A DNA stretch of 64,000 nucleotides from Octopus vulgaris. Taxonomy: Eukaryota. The notes beneath the pieces are model-generated. The model was not told the origin of the DNA and made no database searches. It worked only from the letters and a program-made list of their open reading frames with translations. Both the position numbers and the translations under genes were made by a program. The stretch lies in NCBI GenBank assembly GCA_951406725.2, contig OX597834.1, positions 39,060,001 through 39,124,000 of the forward strand, read 5' to 3'. Positions 42,535-56,892 of this stretch are shown in pieces. Each line of letters opens with the position of its first letter. Position 1 is the stretch's first letter.

Positions 42535-43097
42535 TGATTTCAAATTTTGGCACAAGACCAGAAATTTTGAAGGGAGAAGAACAACAACCCCAATATTCCA
42601 CTGGTATTTTATTTATCGACTGTGAAAAGATTAAAGACAAAATATAAGGACACGGGAAATGTGTCAAGTCCAACAGGAAACGGTGTTTCCTAGGGCTAAA
42701 TAACGGTAACATTCTTCCCTTTCATGGGACTGTCACATTCAGTTGACAACATACTATTACTAAAATCAACCTCGGCGGGATTTGAAATCAGAAGATAAAG
42801 ATATAGAATTAATATTGTAAGGCCTTTTCTGTCCGATGCTTAAACAATTACAGTACTCCCCCCCACACACACGCAATATAAGTTAATAATGGTTTCACAT
42901 TTTGGTTAAGAGCCACATTATGAGTGAGATAATCGATTACAGCGACCCCCCAGTGTTTCATTGGTTCTTATTTTATCGACCTTGAAACGATTAAGCGCAA
43001 AGTCGGCCACGGCGGAATTTGAACTCAGAACGTAAACGGCCGAAAGAAATGCCACTAAGCATTTTGCGCAACGTGTTAACAATTCTACTATCTCGCA
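42535..43097 (-). mobile_element. two tandem SINE family A copies, the first split by a 118-bp insertion
   Basis: Copy 1 at 42535-42850 with insert 42644-42761; copy 2 at 42885-43097. Confidence 0.82.
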
Positions 43098-43232
<135 letters not shown>

Positions 43233-44015
43233 AATATTAATAATAAAAAGATGGGCTACAGCAAATATTCTGCTCAATACCACAGATTTGCTTGTCAGTT
43301 GTTTGACCTTAACCAGTTGATCATGTCCCTTCGTGGCTGACAATATGTGCATCTCTGATCACGAGCAGAAGTAGTGGGGGAGCATCATAGCCATGTGTTG
43401 AGAGGGATTCTTTGGGGTTTGAATAATTCACGTCTGGAAACTTGGGTGTTTCGTTCAACAACTTAAACCTTAAACAGTCCTAATTCATGGACCTTTTGAG
43501 CAGGATGTGTGTGTACGTGTGTGTGTTGTTGTAAGGGTTTTGCGTGTAAACAAGACCAACAACATTTTTAAAAACCAACAATGTGTGATCCTCAATAGGG
43601 AGGAAACGTTCGAGGGCTGCTCATGGAGAAACCCCATAAAAAAAACCCATCGGTATCCTGACTTTTGGGACAGGTACATTTTTTCGTTTTCTTTCCTCTT
43701 TCCATCTACAGGCGTATGCTCAGGGCAGGTCCGTTCCCTCGTACCATTCTCGCCACTTTCATCCACCTTTCGGCAAAATGACAAGAAGACAACACTTCCC
43801 TCTCTACCTTTATTTTCCTTTCAAGTGAAACTTGAAGAAGTTCATTAGAGATTGGCCAAAGAGAAAAGTGTTTGTCTCCAGCCCCTTTATTCTCGTCCAC
43901 CACACAACTTCTTTCGCCGTGGCCACCGGGCATATAAAAACAGTCTTTACTTCTCGGTTAAAAGAAAGCGGAGGGGCGATCTTCACGATGGCTTCTTATA
44001 ATTTCAAATTTTGGC

Positions 44016-44067
<52 letters not shown>

Positions 44068-44569
44068 GTAGTGGTGGTGGTGGTGAGGATGATGATCCAC
44101 ATCAAAGAATGCATTTCAACACACGATAAAAGAGAGTGAAACAGTTGATGTCAGAAAGTTGTCATGAAATATATATTGTATAATTTCTTCGCTCTGTTTT
44201 GAAATGCCAACGTTATTCTTTACGTTACATCTTGTTTAGTTAAGTTTACTTTACTTTTACTAAATCTTAGAATTTCACTTCAGTTGGAGAAACAGACCCC
44301 TCCCCCCAAAAAAACCCCGGCATGCGGATGTAGGGAAGAAATGTGGTGCTGGTTCCATTTCTAATTGAAATTTCTCTTGTATTCCCTTCATTTATTAATA
44401 TAAGATTATCTTGCATAATTCTCTTAACAATAACAAAGTTTGATTAAAGAACATGCGTTATGCGTATGTGTGTGTGTATATATGTTTACATGTATATATA
44501 TATATATATATATTTATATGAATGTATATATATTTATACATATTTATATATATTTATACATACATACTG

Positions 44570-44617
<48 letters not shown>

Positions 44618-44727
44618 ATATACATACATACACACAGGACGCTTTGAACCGACTGACACCGAAAGCTCCTTTCATCTTTTACCAGCTTTCTGTACTTTTA
44701 CTAGGTTAATCTTACATATTATGGTCT

Positions 44728-44793
<66 letters not shown>

Positions 44794-45247
44794 GGGTAGG
44801 TTAGAGAGAACAGACAGACAGAAAGAGAGAAACGGAAGACGATAGAAAGAATAAGGTACATATGAAGGGGGTTTCTTTTTAAGAATTTTGGCCTTAAATT
44901 AGACACACACACACACACACCGTCTATGTATGTGAATGTTAAGTGATATGATATGTATGTGTGGAAGTTATTGTTTATAGAGGACGGAAACGGAATGAAT
45001 AGAATCCATTGTAGATCATTAATTTTTATCCAACATTTCCTTGGAGAAACAAAAAAACAACAAAAAGAAAGAAAAAAAGAATAAACGAAAAAGGGTTGAA
45101 AGAAAGAGAGAAAGAAAAATGAAATTTAAAGATAAATGAATCCCTAATCTTGATTCCAATTCGGTGGAGAACCCCTACGCAACCCTATCCTCTCCCATCC
45201 CAACCCCTGTTTTTAATCCTGTAACATCAACAGAAACTAATGAAACA

Positions 45248-45340
45248 GGCGCAGGCGTGGCTGTGTGGTAAGAAGCTTGCTTTCCAACCACATGGTTCCG
45301 GTTTCAGTCCCACTGCACGGCACCTGGGCCAAATGTCTTA
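45248..45340 (+). mobile_element. SINE family B head
   Basis: ggcgcaggcgtggctgtgtggtaagaagcttgc..cccactgcacggcacc. Confidence 0.9.
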
Positions 45341-45429
45341 ACATATTCACTTATGGCTGCCACGTAATGCGATCGTTCGTTTATTGTTGGTCTCTCATAA
45401 CTGTGGATGAGACAGAAGTAATAAAAATG

Positions 45430-45620
45430 GTTTGATAGTCTAGATATTCAAAGCTGTTGGACATCTTTGTGTGGCCGTTCGGTTCGGTTTGCTGATTGGT
45501 CCACCTGGTCTGCCGTGTAAACTGATCTTCGGCCGCGTAGCAGCCGATCGTATCTAAGTCCCTTTCGTCAGGAAACATGGGTAGGTATGCTATGAAGCTG
45601 TCAGCAGCGATTCTCATATA
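45430..45620 (-). pseudogene. possible 3' end of a CR1/L2-group LINE ORF2
   Basis: ..AYLPMFPDERDLDTIGCYAAEDQFT..SNSF loosely resembles the LDxYLxxIPDEP..NSL terminus of such LINEs (recall). Confidence 0.35.
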
Positions 45621-45742
45621 GTTTCTGTTTCTATCCATGACTGCTTGTGATGGTTCTATTGATTGATACATACCTTCATTTCCAAAGTTTACCTTTATTA
45701 GATTATCCTGGGTCACAGTTTCTCCTCCATTATTTTTTTCCT

Positions 45743-45968
45743 CTATGGACCCATTTAGTTGTTGTTTGACTCGGACGGATCCTCATAACCATTTGATCTT
45801 TTAAAAATCCTATCATATTTTTCGTAATTAAATATTATTAAGAATCGTACAGAAAATTGTTGGAATATTTTGTGCATTGTAGAAGTATAACTAATTTATT
45901 GCAGATAAATTTTAACGACAAAATCTTATATGGACCCACAAGGGTCCATATAAGTGAACCAGTGGTCA
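45743..45968 (-). mobile_element. hAT-like MITE fragment with perfect subterminal hairpin
   Basis: cttatatggaccc-acaa-gggtccatataag (45925-45954); shares motifs with 26223-26318. Confidence 0.55.
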
Positions 45969-46189
45969 AGCGGAAGGTGTTGTATAGATGTCAATCGATG
46001 CCATTCACAGCCCTTCGAAATTGGTGAAACTGATGCAGTTAACATTCTTGTTGAACAGATATAATAAAGTCAAGGGATTCAAGAAACCGATGTAATATGG
46101 CGGAGGATTGAGCGCAGTGATTAGTGCAGAACCCAAGTGTTAGACACAATAGGAACGAACGATAAGAGGGAAAACGTATGATTTATATG

Positions 46190-46450
46190 TGGTTGAGTGA
46201 AAATGACACGAGATCAGCCAGGTTCAATACAGTAGCAACAGACATATAGAGAGGATGATCTCTCTTTAGATGCTGTCTCAAACAGTGTTCTGGCTTTTCC
46301 CAAATAGCAGTGTCAGAATAAACTATTATAGTGGTGCCAACATTTCTTAAATGTACTTTCTGTTGGCTCAATGTAGCAGCGTACGATATTGTTGGCGGAT
46401 AGGCTTCTGTCAAGGTATTTGTCTTTTATGGTGTCGGTCATATGAAACAG
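46190..46450 (-). pseudogene. Penelope-like GIY-YIG endonuclease remnant
   Basis: Minus translation KDKYLDRSLSANNIVRCYIEPTESTFKKCWHHYNSLF*H resembles the Penelope pattern C-P-L..CL..NIVY..YIGxTExTFKxRWxxHxxSFR; downstream TVLNLADLVS resembles LLNKRSELVS. Confidence 0.65.
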
Positions 46451-46802
46451 CAGTTGTCCTTAGTACTGCCGTAAGATTATTGTAGAGTGGGTCTTTATCA
46501 TGGTGAATATGTTCCTCATACAGCTTAAACTCACGTTTATGTTGTTATTGTTCAGCAGATGGCGCAGTCTGTTTGCATGTGTTAGTATGTTTGTGTGCTA
46601 GCGCGTACATGTGTGTGTGTCTGGGTGCATGCATGCGTGCAAGGGCCTCATGTTTGATATGTCATCACTTGCTTATTCAAAGAGAAATTTACTAAAAAGA
46701 GTAAATAACAACTCCATGTTGAAGCGTGTTTTATCTATCTTCACCTCCATCAAAATTATTTTAAAAGAAATGTCGGTAATACCTTATCAGCCAACACTAT
46801 TA

Positions 46803-47060
46803 CAGATCGTGGGTTCGATCCCCAGACCGGGCGATGCGCTGTGTTTTTGAGCTAGACACTTCATTTTCCATTGTTCTGTGATCCATTTGACATCTGCGTG
46901 TGCCATACATTGCCCCTGTACAAGCAATATCGATTTGACGGACACATTGAGCTAATGTGCAGCACAAGAATTTGATCACAAGGAGCAAATCATCTGCGCA
47001 TGTTGTTCATGCAAGGCATTGCAGAACCTTCGTCTGTTGCCTACCACGGGAAAGTCCGCG
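46803..47060 (+). mobile_element. SINE family D (head truncated, B-box present)
   Basis: gggttcgatccccagaccgggcgatg B-box and junction like family C; body homologous to 2460-2665. Confidence 0.75.
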
Positions 47061-47446
47061 ATATAATATATATCGTTATAATTAAGTATTAGAACAAGTA
47101 TTACGAATATGTTAATTGCATCTATTTTATTCTTTATATTAACTTAATATCTAATCACCCGAATGCCATGTCTAATCTATTTATAATCAATTCTCTCTTC
47201 ATTTGTTTTATTTTGGTTATCATCTGTCTTCTATATTGCCACAGAAAAGAAGAATTCCTGGGTTTGGAGTTCTCTGAATGCTTCACTCATTTCTTCTAAG
47301 TTCAGCTTTCTCTTATTCTATTGTAACTTTTTTCATAAGTTGCTCAGACGAAAATCACTGTTCTGGCTGCTGCTGCTGCTGTTGTTGTGGCTGTTGTTGT
47401 TATTGTTTTTGTTGTTGTTGTTGTTCGCTTCTTCTTCTTCTTCAGG

Positions 47447-47490
<44 letters not shown>

Positions 47491-47584
47491 CATTGTTATT
47501 ATTATTTATTGTGATTAATATTCTCCTTCAATGATTATTGGCTACTGTTATTAATATGATTGCTGTTGTTCTCGACGGCGATAC

Positions 47585-47621
<37 letters not shown>

Positions 47622-48025
47622 TACTATTACACGACGCTAGATGTCATTGTTATGATTGAATGGTGTGAAGGGTCGATTTTTTTCTCTTTTTTAAAGAGAG
47701 TGAGATGGGGAAAACAGCTTCCGCTCAACACAGGACCAAAATGGGTGCTATATGAATAGTGAGAGGAGGAGAGCGGAAGAGAAAGAGAAGGCGAAGGGGA
47801 AGAGAGGAGGGGAAGAAGGAGAAAGTGGGCAGTGGGGTGGGTGGGTATGGAGGTGAAATAAATAGGTTTGTAAATACATATCTAGGAATTATTTTTCATT
47901 TCATTTTCTCTTCTATTGTTGATTTTTTTTTTGCAATAAATGGAATCAATGGCGATGTTGGCACATCATACATGTATGTGCGCGTGTGTGTATGGGTTTA
48001 CACACATATGCACAACTATATAACT

Positions 48026-48071
<46 letters not shown>

Positions 48072-48378
48072 TATATATATATGTATATATATATAAATAT
48101 ACATGTATACATATGCACATATATATGTGTGTATGTGCGTACGTGTTTACACACATATGCACAAGTATATATATATATATATATATAATATATATGTATA
48201 ATATAAATATATATATTATATATGTATATAATATATATATATGTATACTTTATGTACATGTGTGTGTGTGTTTCTGTGTGTATACATATTTGTGCATATA
48301 TGCATGTGTATATGAATATATATTTATGCATATTTCTACGTATATATGCATGTGCACACACACACACACATACACACA

Positions 48379-48449
<71 letters not shown>

Positions 48450-48811
48450 GTATACAGACAGACAAAATGAAAGAGAAAGAGAGAGACAGACAGACAAAAT
48501 GAGAGAGAGAGGCAGACAGGCAAAGCTAAGAAATTAGTGATGAGAAATGTTTCCAAGTCTGTATAATAAAAGGGAGGTGGGTGTATATTGAAGTGTTTTG
48601 GGGGAGGGGGAAGGGTGGTTACTGGATTGGAACGATATATTTATATAATTGTTTACATTTAGTAATCAATCTTTTTTGTTGTTGTTTTTTATCTTTCGTT
48701 GTTAAAATTAACATTGTGGTGGACACGATAGAATGCAAACATGGCGACGACGGCGATCACTACCACCACCACCACCACCACCACCACCACAAACAACAAC
48801 AACAACAACAA

Positions 48812-49028
48812 TAATCCTTTCTGCTATAGGCGCAAGAATTGAAATTTGGGGTGAGGGGACTAGTCGATTAGATCGACTCCAGTGTTTAACTGGTACTTAT
48901 TTTATCGACCCCGAAAGGATGAAAGTCATAGTCGACCTCGGAGGAACTTGAACTCAGAACGTAGCGACGGGCGAAATGCCGCAAAGCATTTCGTCCAGTG
49001 TGCTAACGATTCTGCCAGCTCGCCCCCT
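48812..49028 (-). mobile_element. SINE family A, full length
   Basis: Reverse complement of the A element, flanked by (CAA)n and (AAT)/(GAT)n. Confidence 0.92.
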
Positions 49029-49087
49029 TAATAATAATGATGATGATGATGATGATGATGATGATAAAAATTATAATGATAATAATG

Positions 49088-49147
<60 letters not shown>

Positions 49148-49189
49148 TCTTTTATTAGCTACAGGAGCATAGATGTAGGGAACATCATT

Positions 49190-49225
<36 letters not shown>

Positions 49226-49226
<1 letters not shown>

Positions 49227-49387
49227 CGTATTTTAATGTGTATAAAGAACCCCCTAACTTTTAGGGCTTACAATTTGGAAAAAAGGTTTTGTAAGGGATT
49301 ATGATTCAATCCATGTATAAGAAACTCCCATATTTTTTAAACTTAATTTTTGACCAAAAAGGGTTCCTTATACACGTTAAAATACGG
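49226..49387. mobile_element. 162-bp Tc1/mariner (pogo/Tc2-like) MITE
   Basis: 27-bp TIRs gcgtattttaatgtgtataaagaaccc / gggttccttatacacgttaaaatacgg (3 mismatches); TA context. Confidence 0.85.
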
Positions 49388-49404
49388 TGTGTGTATATAT
49401 ATAT

Positions 49405-49595
49405 ATAGACTGGTACTCCGTAGGTTACGACGGCGAGGGTTTCAGGTGATGCCTTCAACTGAAAAGCCTGCTCGTGAAATCAACGTGCATGTGGCTGTGT
49501 ACTCCACAGACACGCTTACCCTTAACGCAGTTCTCAGGGAGATTCGGCGTGCTAGAGAATGGGATAAGGTCGGCCCCTTTGAAATACAGATACTA
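49405..49595 (-). mobile_element. SINE family C tail fragment
   Basis: ggtactccgtaggttacgacg..gtactccacagac..ggcccctttgaaatacag matches 38653-38835. Confidence 0.85.
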
Positions 49596-50218
49596 TTCAT
49601 TTCCATCAACTTTGTTGATATTTTCCTCTATTTCTGACAACTCTTGAAATCTTCCATTTTCTTTCCCTCCTCCTTTCTTCGCCTCTTTATTATCACCTCC
49701 GCCCCACTCTCTTCTCTCTTCCTTTAACTATTTTCCTTCATTCGCCATTATAAACCTTCTCTTTCTTCCTGCTCTCCATCTTCCCAACCTTATTTTTAAA
49801 CCCTTTTCTTCTTTCCTTTTTCTTATTTACCTCCATCGTTTTTTTTATATTTCATTTCATTCCCTTTTCTCTACTCTTTTCCTTCCTTCCTTTCATTCTT
49901 CCCTCTTTGTCTTTCTATTATTCCACATTCTTTAGAATGATTTCTCAAAGTTTACTTTTTCTTCCCAAAATTCTTCCCAACCAACACCCATCGCTTTTTC
50001 TCTCTCTCTCTCCCTCTGCCCCCCTCTTCACTACGCCACTCGACAAACTTCAAGCTTAAACCTCTCTACAATCTACACTCTCTTCTTCCTACCTCTCTCT
50101 TTTACCATTCAATTTGTTCTCCTCTCTCTCTCTCTTTCTCTTTCTGTCTATCACTTCCTCCCTATACTCATCTCTCTCTGTGTCTATCTCTTCTTTTCTT
50201 TGCTCATCTCTCTTTGTG

Positions 50219-50298
<80 letters not shown>

Positions 50299-50340
50299 AC
50301 TATCTATCTATCTACCTGTCTTTCTCTCTCTCTCTATCTC

Positions 50341-50375
<35 letters not shown>

Positions 50376-50401
50376 ATCTCTCTCCCTCCCCTCCTCCTCC
50401 T

Positions 50402-50436
<35 letters not shown>

Positions 50437-51307
50437 CTCGGTCTGTTACATTGTGTCCTTACTGCTCCTTCTTTCTTTGGCTAACTCCTTCGTCCTCCTC
50501 ACTTAGACATTACACGCTCTCTAATTCTCTACCTCTTTGTCACTACCTCTCACCTCTCCCCATTTCTCTCTATCACAATCTCTCACCTCTCTCTATTTCT
50601 CCCTCTCTCACATCCCTCTCTCCACCTCTCGCTACACTCCGTCAATACTCTGTTCCTTTGTCTTACTGTTTTTCTAACATATATAGAGACTCCCAGTCGA
50701 CTAATCCGAGAAAACGACAACAACAACAACAACAACAACAACAACATCAGCAATAGCAACTACAACAAAAAGGTCAACAACACTGACAAGAACATCATAT
50801 AAGCCAAATATAATACATAAATAAACAAGGCAAAACATCCACTAACTCACACACATATACACATACTTACACACGCCAACGTATTCAAGCACACACAAAC
50901 ACAGACTTAGTGACAGACATACACATACACCCAAGCACGTACACGAACACACACATACACACACACACACAAAGGAGAATATGCACAGACAGACAGCAAT
51001 TGTGCATACTTTGATGACTGCACTTCTCAATGAGCAGCAGCAATGTAGGATGCAATCATGCAAACATCGGCGGAATCACGATCACTACCAGCGTGAGCGA
51101 CACCTACTGCCTACCCTTACAAGCAGGGAAATCACGGAAGTGACGATACTTCATTAAAACAGTCACGTATCATACTCCAACCATCGCTATGACGACGACC
51201 ACCTCTCCAGGGCCAAACATCTCTGATCCGTATTACAGGAAAGATACCTGCTCAGAAAAGCTACATCATAGCGTTTCGGCTGTGCAATCTCCAGTGTTTG
51301 AAGGAAG

Positions 51308-52142
51308 GAGATCCAATGTTAAAGATGATTCAAGATGGCCGATGCCTTTACTCGGCTACCGGAAGTTTCCCCCCCACTAGGGCTAATGAGAAATATCTGC
51401 TCATCTCCTAGACAGATATTTTAAGGACAAGGGGGTCATCGCCCCACCAAAGCTTTCTTATAAAACGTTCTTTCACCATGTCGACCATTTTCTTTCCATC
51501 TCGCCGCATCCTATTGCTAGAAGGCCGTTGACTATATAAGAGAGATTCAGTGTTAAAGGTGACTCAAGATGGCCGATACCTTTACTCAGCTACCGGAAGT
51601 TCCCCCCACTAGAGCTAATGAGAAATATCTGCTCATCTCCTAGACAGATATTTTAAGGACAAGGGGTTCATCGCCCCACCAAAGCTGTCTTGTAAAACGC
51701 TCTTTCACCATGTCGACCATTTTCTTTCTATCTCGCCACATCCTATTGCTAGAGGGCCATTGACTATATAAGAGAGATTCAGTGTTAAAGGTGACTCAAG
51801 ATGGCCAATAACTTCACCCAGTTACCGGAAGTTAACCGAAATCTAAACTATCGGAGGATGTCATACAACGAAATGCAATAGCTTGTTCTTTTTCTCAGGG
51901 TGTATACAAATCTTATTTCAGGATGTATACCCACAAGGCAACAGGGCAATGGAGATAGGTCTACCCCACCCCTCACGTCAACCCCACTACGGCTAATGAG
52001 CAATATCTACGCATCTCGGAGACAGATGTTTTGGGAAGATCTAGGGGTCCATTGCTCCTAAGGATGTATTATAAAACGCTCTTTCACCATATTGACATTT
52101 TTTCTGTCCCTGCGTCCTGTTGCTAGGTAGCCATTGACCATC
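51308..52142 (+). repeat. tandem array of a ~233-bp complex unit (two close copies plus one longer diverged copy)
   Basis: gttaaag unit starts at 51318, 51552 and 51784 (periods 234 and 232); third copy has ~148 extra bp (51834-51981). Confidence 0.92.
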
Positions 52143-52255
52143 TGCTGAGTTCAACCGTTCTTTCATCCGACACATGCGCTGACATACATATCTCCACATA
52201 CAGACGTCCACACAACCTTACTCACAGATGGACACACATTAACACTTAAACACTT

Positions 52256-52289
<34 letters not shown>

Positions 52290-52420
52290 ACATATAGATA
52301 TACATACACAATTAGAAAATGTTACATAAGCCGTTATTTTGTGAACAAACATGAATACACGCATTCATGTGGAACATTATGGCAGATTCATATATATATA
52401 TCCATAAGTATCTTTCTGTT

Positions 52421-52510
<90 letters not shown>

Positions 52511-52568
52511 GAGAATAAAAGGGATAAGTTTTGGGATGCAAATAAAATCTCCACTCTCCTCTTCGTTA

Positions 52569-52599
<31 letters not shown>

Positions 52600-52785
52600 A
52601 TATATGTATATATATATACACATAAATATACATACACACTCACATGCATTCACGTACACACACACATATATATGGATGCATATATACATACATATATTTA
52701 TATATCCATGTACATATATATGTGTTTATATATCAAACTCTTTAATATTTATCAAATCCTATGTGTGTGGGTGTTTACGTATATA

Positions 52786-52830
<45 letters not shown>

Positions 52831-53475
52831 AATATATATGATATACATATGCATATATATGTAGGCATATATATATATATGTATATAAGTTTACATAAAT
52901 ACACATGTATATATATATCTACAAGCAAACATACCCACACACATACCCATATCATTCGGACAATTCTCCTACTTGTCCATTTTCTCACTCTGCCAACCCT
53001 AACAATATAGTCACTCTTTAGAATATTTTTTCTTCAGAGAAATTCTCCAAGAATTGTTTTCATTTTCTCTTATCAAAACGTCTGATTTCGGCTGACGGTC
53101 TTTTTCGTTACCATTTAAAACTTATTTTATATTACTTCAAATTTTTTGAAACACATTTTGTTTTCTGTATATATATATATATCTTAATTAATTTTTTTGT
53201 TTCGTTTTTAATTTCATGTTTCATTTTTTTCTCTCTATAATTACTTCAAACGAGGTTTTGCATGGGTAATTTTTTTCCTTGGCGATATATATCAAAGGTT
53301 CTTTTAGATTTCTTGTCATACATACGACACAGAGAAAGTAAGTGTGTGTGTGTGAGAGAGAGGGAGAGAGAGAGAGAGAGAAAAACAGAGACAGAGAGAG
53401 GGCGACAGACATAGAGGAAAAAAGAGGGTGAAAGGCAGAGATTGCGAGACGAGTATATACACCCTCACATATATG

Positions 53476-53525
<50 letters not shown>

Positions 53526-53609
53526 GAGAGAGAGAGAGACGTAGTCATTCGTATACATTCCCATATGCACGCAAGCACACATGTATATGTATATATAATT
53601 ATATATATA

Positions 53610-53822
53610 GGTGCAGACATGGCTGTGTGGTGAGAGGCTTGCTTTCCAACCACATGGTTCCCGGTTCAGTCCCACTGAATGGCACCTTGGGCAAGTGTCT
53701 TCTACTATAGCCTCGGGCCGACCAAAGCCTTGTGAGTGGATTTGGCAGACGGAAACTGAAAGAAGTTCGTCGTATATACATATGCGTGTGTGTTTGTGTT
53801 TGTCCCTCACCGTCGATTAACA
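53610..53822 (+). mobile_element. SINE family B, 5' part
   Basis: ggtgcagacatggctgtgtggtgag..ccttgggcaagtgtcttctactatagcc..gacggaaactgaaagaag. Confidence 0.92.
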
Positions 53823-53831
53823 ACCTATATA

Positions 53832-53888
<57 letters not shown>

Positions 53889-54195
53889 GTATATGAATAT
53901 ATATATATATATATATGGAAGTGTTTGTATATGTATATCGGGTATCTGTGTTTATGTGATATGCATATGTGTGAGGTATACAGACGCCTCTTAGCTTCTT
54001 CCTTTTTTCTGTCTGTGCATATGTTTGTATGGATGTTTAATTCATGCATACATATGTACATACTCATACATATATATACATACATACGTACGTACATTCA
54101 CACTCGTATACATCCACATATACACTCATACATACATATATACACTCATACATGCATTCATACATACATACATACATACATCTTACTTGAACTGT

Positions 54196-54241
<46 letters not shown>

Positions 54242-54819
54242 ATGAACCAGATATATTTGCTTCAGTTTTTAAACCCCTCCGCCGACCTCTCCATCTCTCT
54301 TAATTCCACCAAACACTATCCGAGTTTTATTTTCTCTTATCACCACATACACTCATACAGAAACGCATATAGATTCACACATACACACACATAGACTCCC
54401 AAATGCTCGTACACACATACACACACACGCACATAAACACACACATTCTACATGTTCTTACTTCATCACTTTTTTTATTTCAATTTAATCACAAACTATT
54501 TTTCTTGTCTCTGGCTTTCTCTTACATTTTAGTCTGTCTCTCCCTCTCAATCTCTGTCAGTCTGTCTGTCTCTCTCCCTCTTAACCTTTCTTAATCTCTC
54601 TCTTTCACTTTCTTTATAAAATTTCAAAGTTATCAAGTAATAACGCGCGCGCGCGATCTTCTGTTGTCCGTTATGTTGGGCATGTTCCATGGGGTCGCAG
54701 ATCGATTTTTCTCACAGGAACCTTGTGGCAAACAACTATATTACTTAACTATCTATCTATCTGCCAGACTGAATGATTGACAAACAGACAGACAGACAAA
54801 CAGACAAACAGACAGATAA

Positions 54820-54884
<65 letters not shown>

Positions 54885-55056
54885 CAGAGAGACAGATAGA
54901 GATAGATACATAGACATACAGACAGACAAACAGACAAACAGACAGATAGATAGATAAATAAATAGATAGGTAGATAGATAGATACATACATACATACATT
55001 GATAGATAGATAGATATAAATACAGACAGACAAACAGACAGATAGATAGATAAATG

Positions 55057-55149
<93 letters not shown>

Positions 55150-55466
55150 GCATGTTTTATTATTTGATAGTGAAGTGTTATTGCATTGGGAAATTACTAA
55201 AAGCCGAAATAGGTTTAACCATTTTACCATTCACAAATTGCAATTTCTTTTATTTCAACTCTTAAAACATATTCAAAAACTCATCATTTTATCTTCATCT
55301 GAACTCTTTAAATCCTAAGATAACTTCTGCTGTTTCGAATCCATAACGCAACCAATTGAATACAAGTGTATCGCTAATGCCTTCGGGAAGAGCATGAACG
55401 TCACGTAATCTGATCTATTAGCTTCAGCTTCCATTACAGTAAATTTGAGGCGTTATATCTAAGTGT

Positions 55467-55789
55467 GGTGAAGGTGCGTGGCTTAGTGGTTAGGGTGTTT
55501 AGCTCACGATCGAAAGGTCATGAGTTCGGTTCCCGTCAAGGCGTTGTGTCCTTGAGCAAGACACGTCATTTTACATTGCTTCCAACCCACCCAGCTGGCA
55601 AAAAAAAATGAGTTGTACCTGTATTTCAAAGGGACCAGCCTTCTTACACTCTGTGTCACGCTGAATCTCCCTGAAGAATACTTTACGGGTACGCGTGTCT
55701 GTGGAGTACTCATCCACTTGCACGTTAGTTGAGTGCTCCGTTGATTGGATCAACTGGAGCCGCTCGTCGTCGTAACCGACGGAGGACCG
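55467..55789 (+). mobile_element. SINE with a distinct tRNA-like head and the family C tail, 15-bp TSD
   Basis: Head ggtgaaggtgcgtggcttagtggttagg..gagttcggttccc..gtgtccttgagcaagacac; TSD gttatatctaagtgt at 55452-55466 and 55790-55804. Confidence 0.93.
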
Positions 55790-56679
55790 GTTATATCTAA
55801 GTGTAAGGCAATCGATAATCTTCAATTCCCCATTTTTGGTTATTATCTCTGTGGATTCCTGCTACCGCCAGAAAGTCTCTCAGAAATACATCGATGACGT
55901 CATCGGTCTACTGATGTTCTACAACTCCTGCACTTTCACCCTTTTTCTCTTGCTTCCCCCCTCTCTCTCTCTCTCTGTTATTGTTCTTACTGTGCCTCAT
56001 TAATCATCATTGTCTGCGTAATTACAATGGAAAATATCAATAATTCCTTCAGTGATAGCGGGGGTAATTATTGTTGGAAGAAAAAATAATAGAAAATAAA
56101 AAACAATAAAACTCACATACACAAGTACTCAAACACACAAAAAAACTGACATTAACAATGGCCGTGACAATAATATGATTAAGACTAATAATATAATTAT
56201 GTAATATTAATAACAGGCTATTTGATAAATTATTCTTAATGTCTGCCTTTCACCACCAGCTCCTGCCGTGCACGCTGTGAAATAGCAACGTGGGGTGGTC
56301 GGTGATAAACAATTACTTTGGTTTAGCGAAACAAAATAATTAATTCATAAAGAATTATGAATAAAAATAAAAGAAAACTATTTAAGATAAAAACAAAAAA
56401 AAATATTTAAAAAGATAAATAAAAAAAAAATAAAGAGAAGGCAAGCTGACAAATGAAATTTCTTCGTTCAAACAAAAATGAACTTAGGAAATTCTGTAGC
56501 ACCTTTAAAGTTTGTCGTTAAGTTTGGCGTGGATAATAAAGATCGGTTTGTCGAGCTTAGAAGTTGCAATATAAAGAGAACTGCAGGCATTTTTTTTAGA
56601 TATCGTTTCTGTGCATCCACTCTAGCTATTTGCTACATTGCAATGACAAATAGAAGGGGTATGTGTCAGGTATTTCCTC

Positions 56680-56738
<59 letters not shown>

Positions 56739-56782
56739 TATGTATATATATTTTATATCTATTTTGTATCTATCTACAAATC

Positions 56783-56892
<110 letters not shown>

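Noticed and set aside
43250-43506. Complex block that looks like an octopus interspersed repeat (similarly 20005-20178, 22930-23135, 26545-26655, 56890-56955)
   Set aside because: Single copies in the window; identity rests on recall only and the class cannot be supported
43507-43990. Possible exon in a repeat-free stretch
   Set aside because: Splice-like dinucleotides are present but there is no recognisable peptide or consistent frame
51375-51475. Hammerhead- or HDV-like ribozyme in the 233-bp unit (ctaatga..aaaacg; ggctaa)
   Set aside because: Box reads CTAATGA, not CTGANGA, in all three copies, with no GAAA/NUH; HDV L3 and P1.1 elements could not be placed
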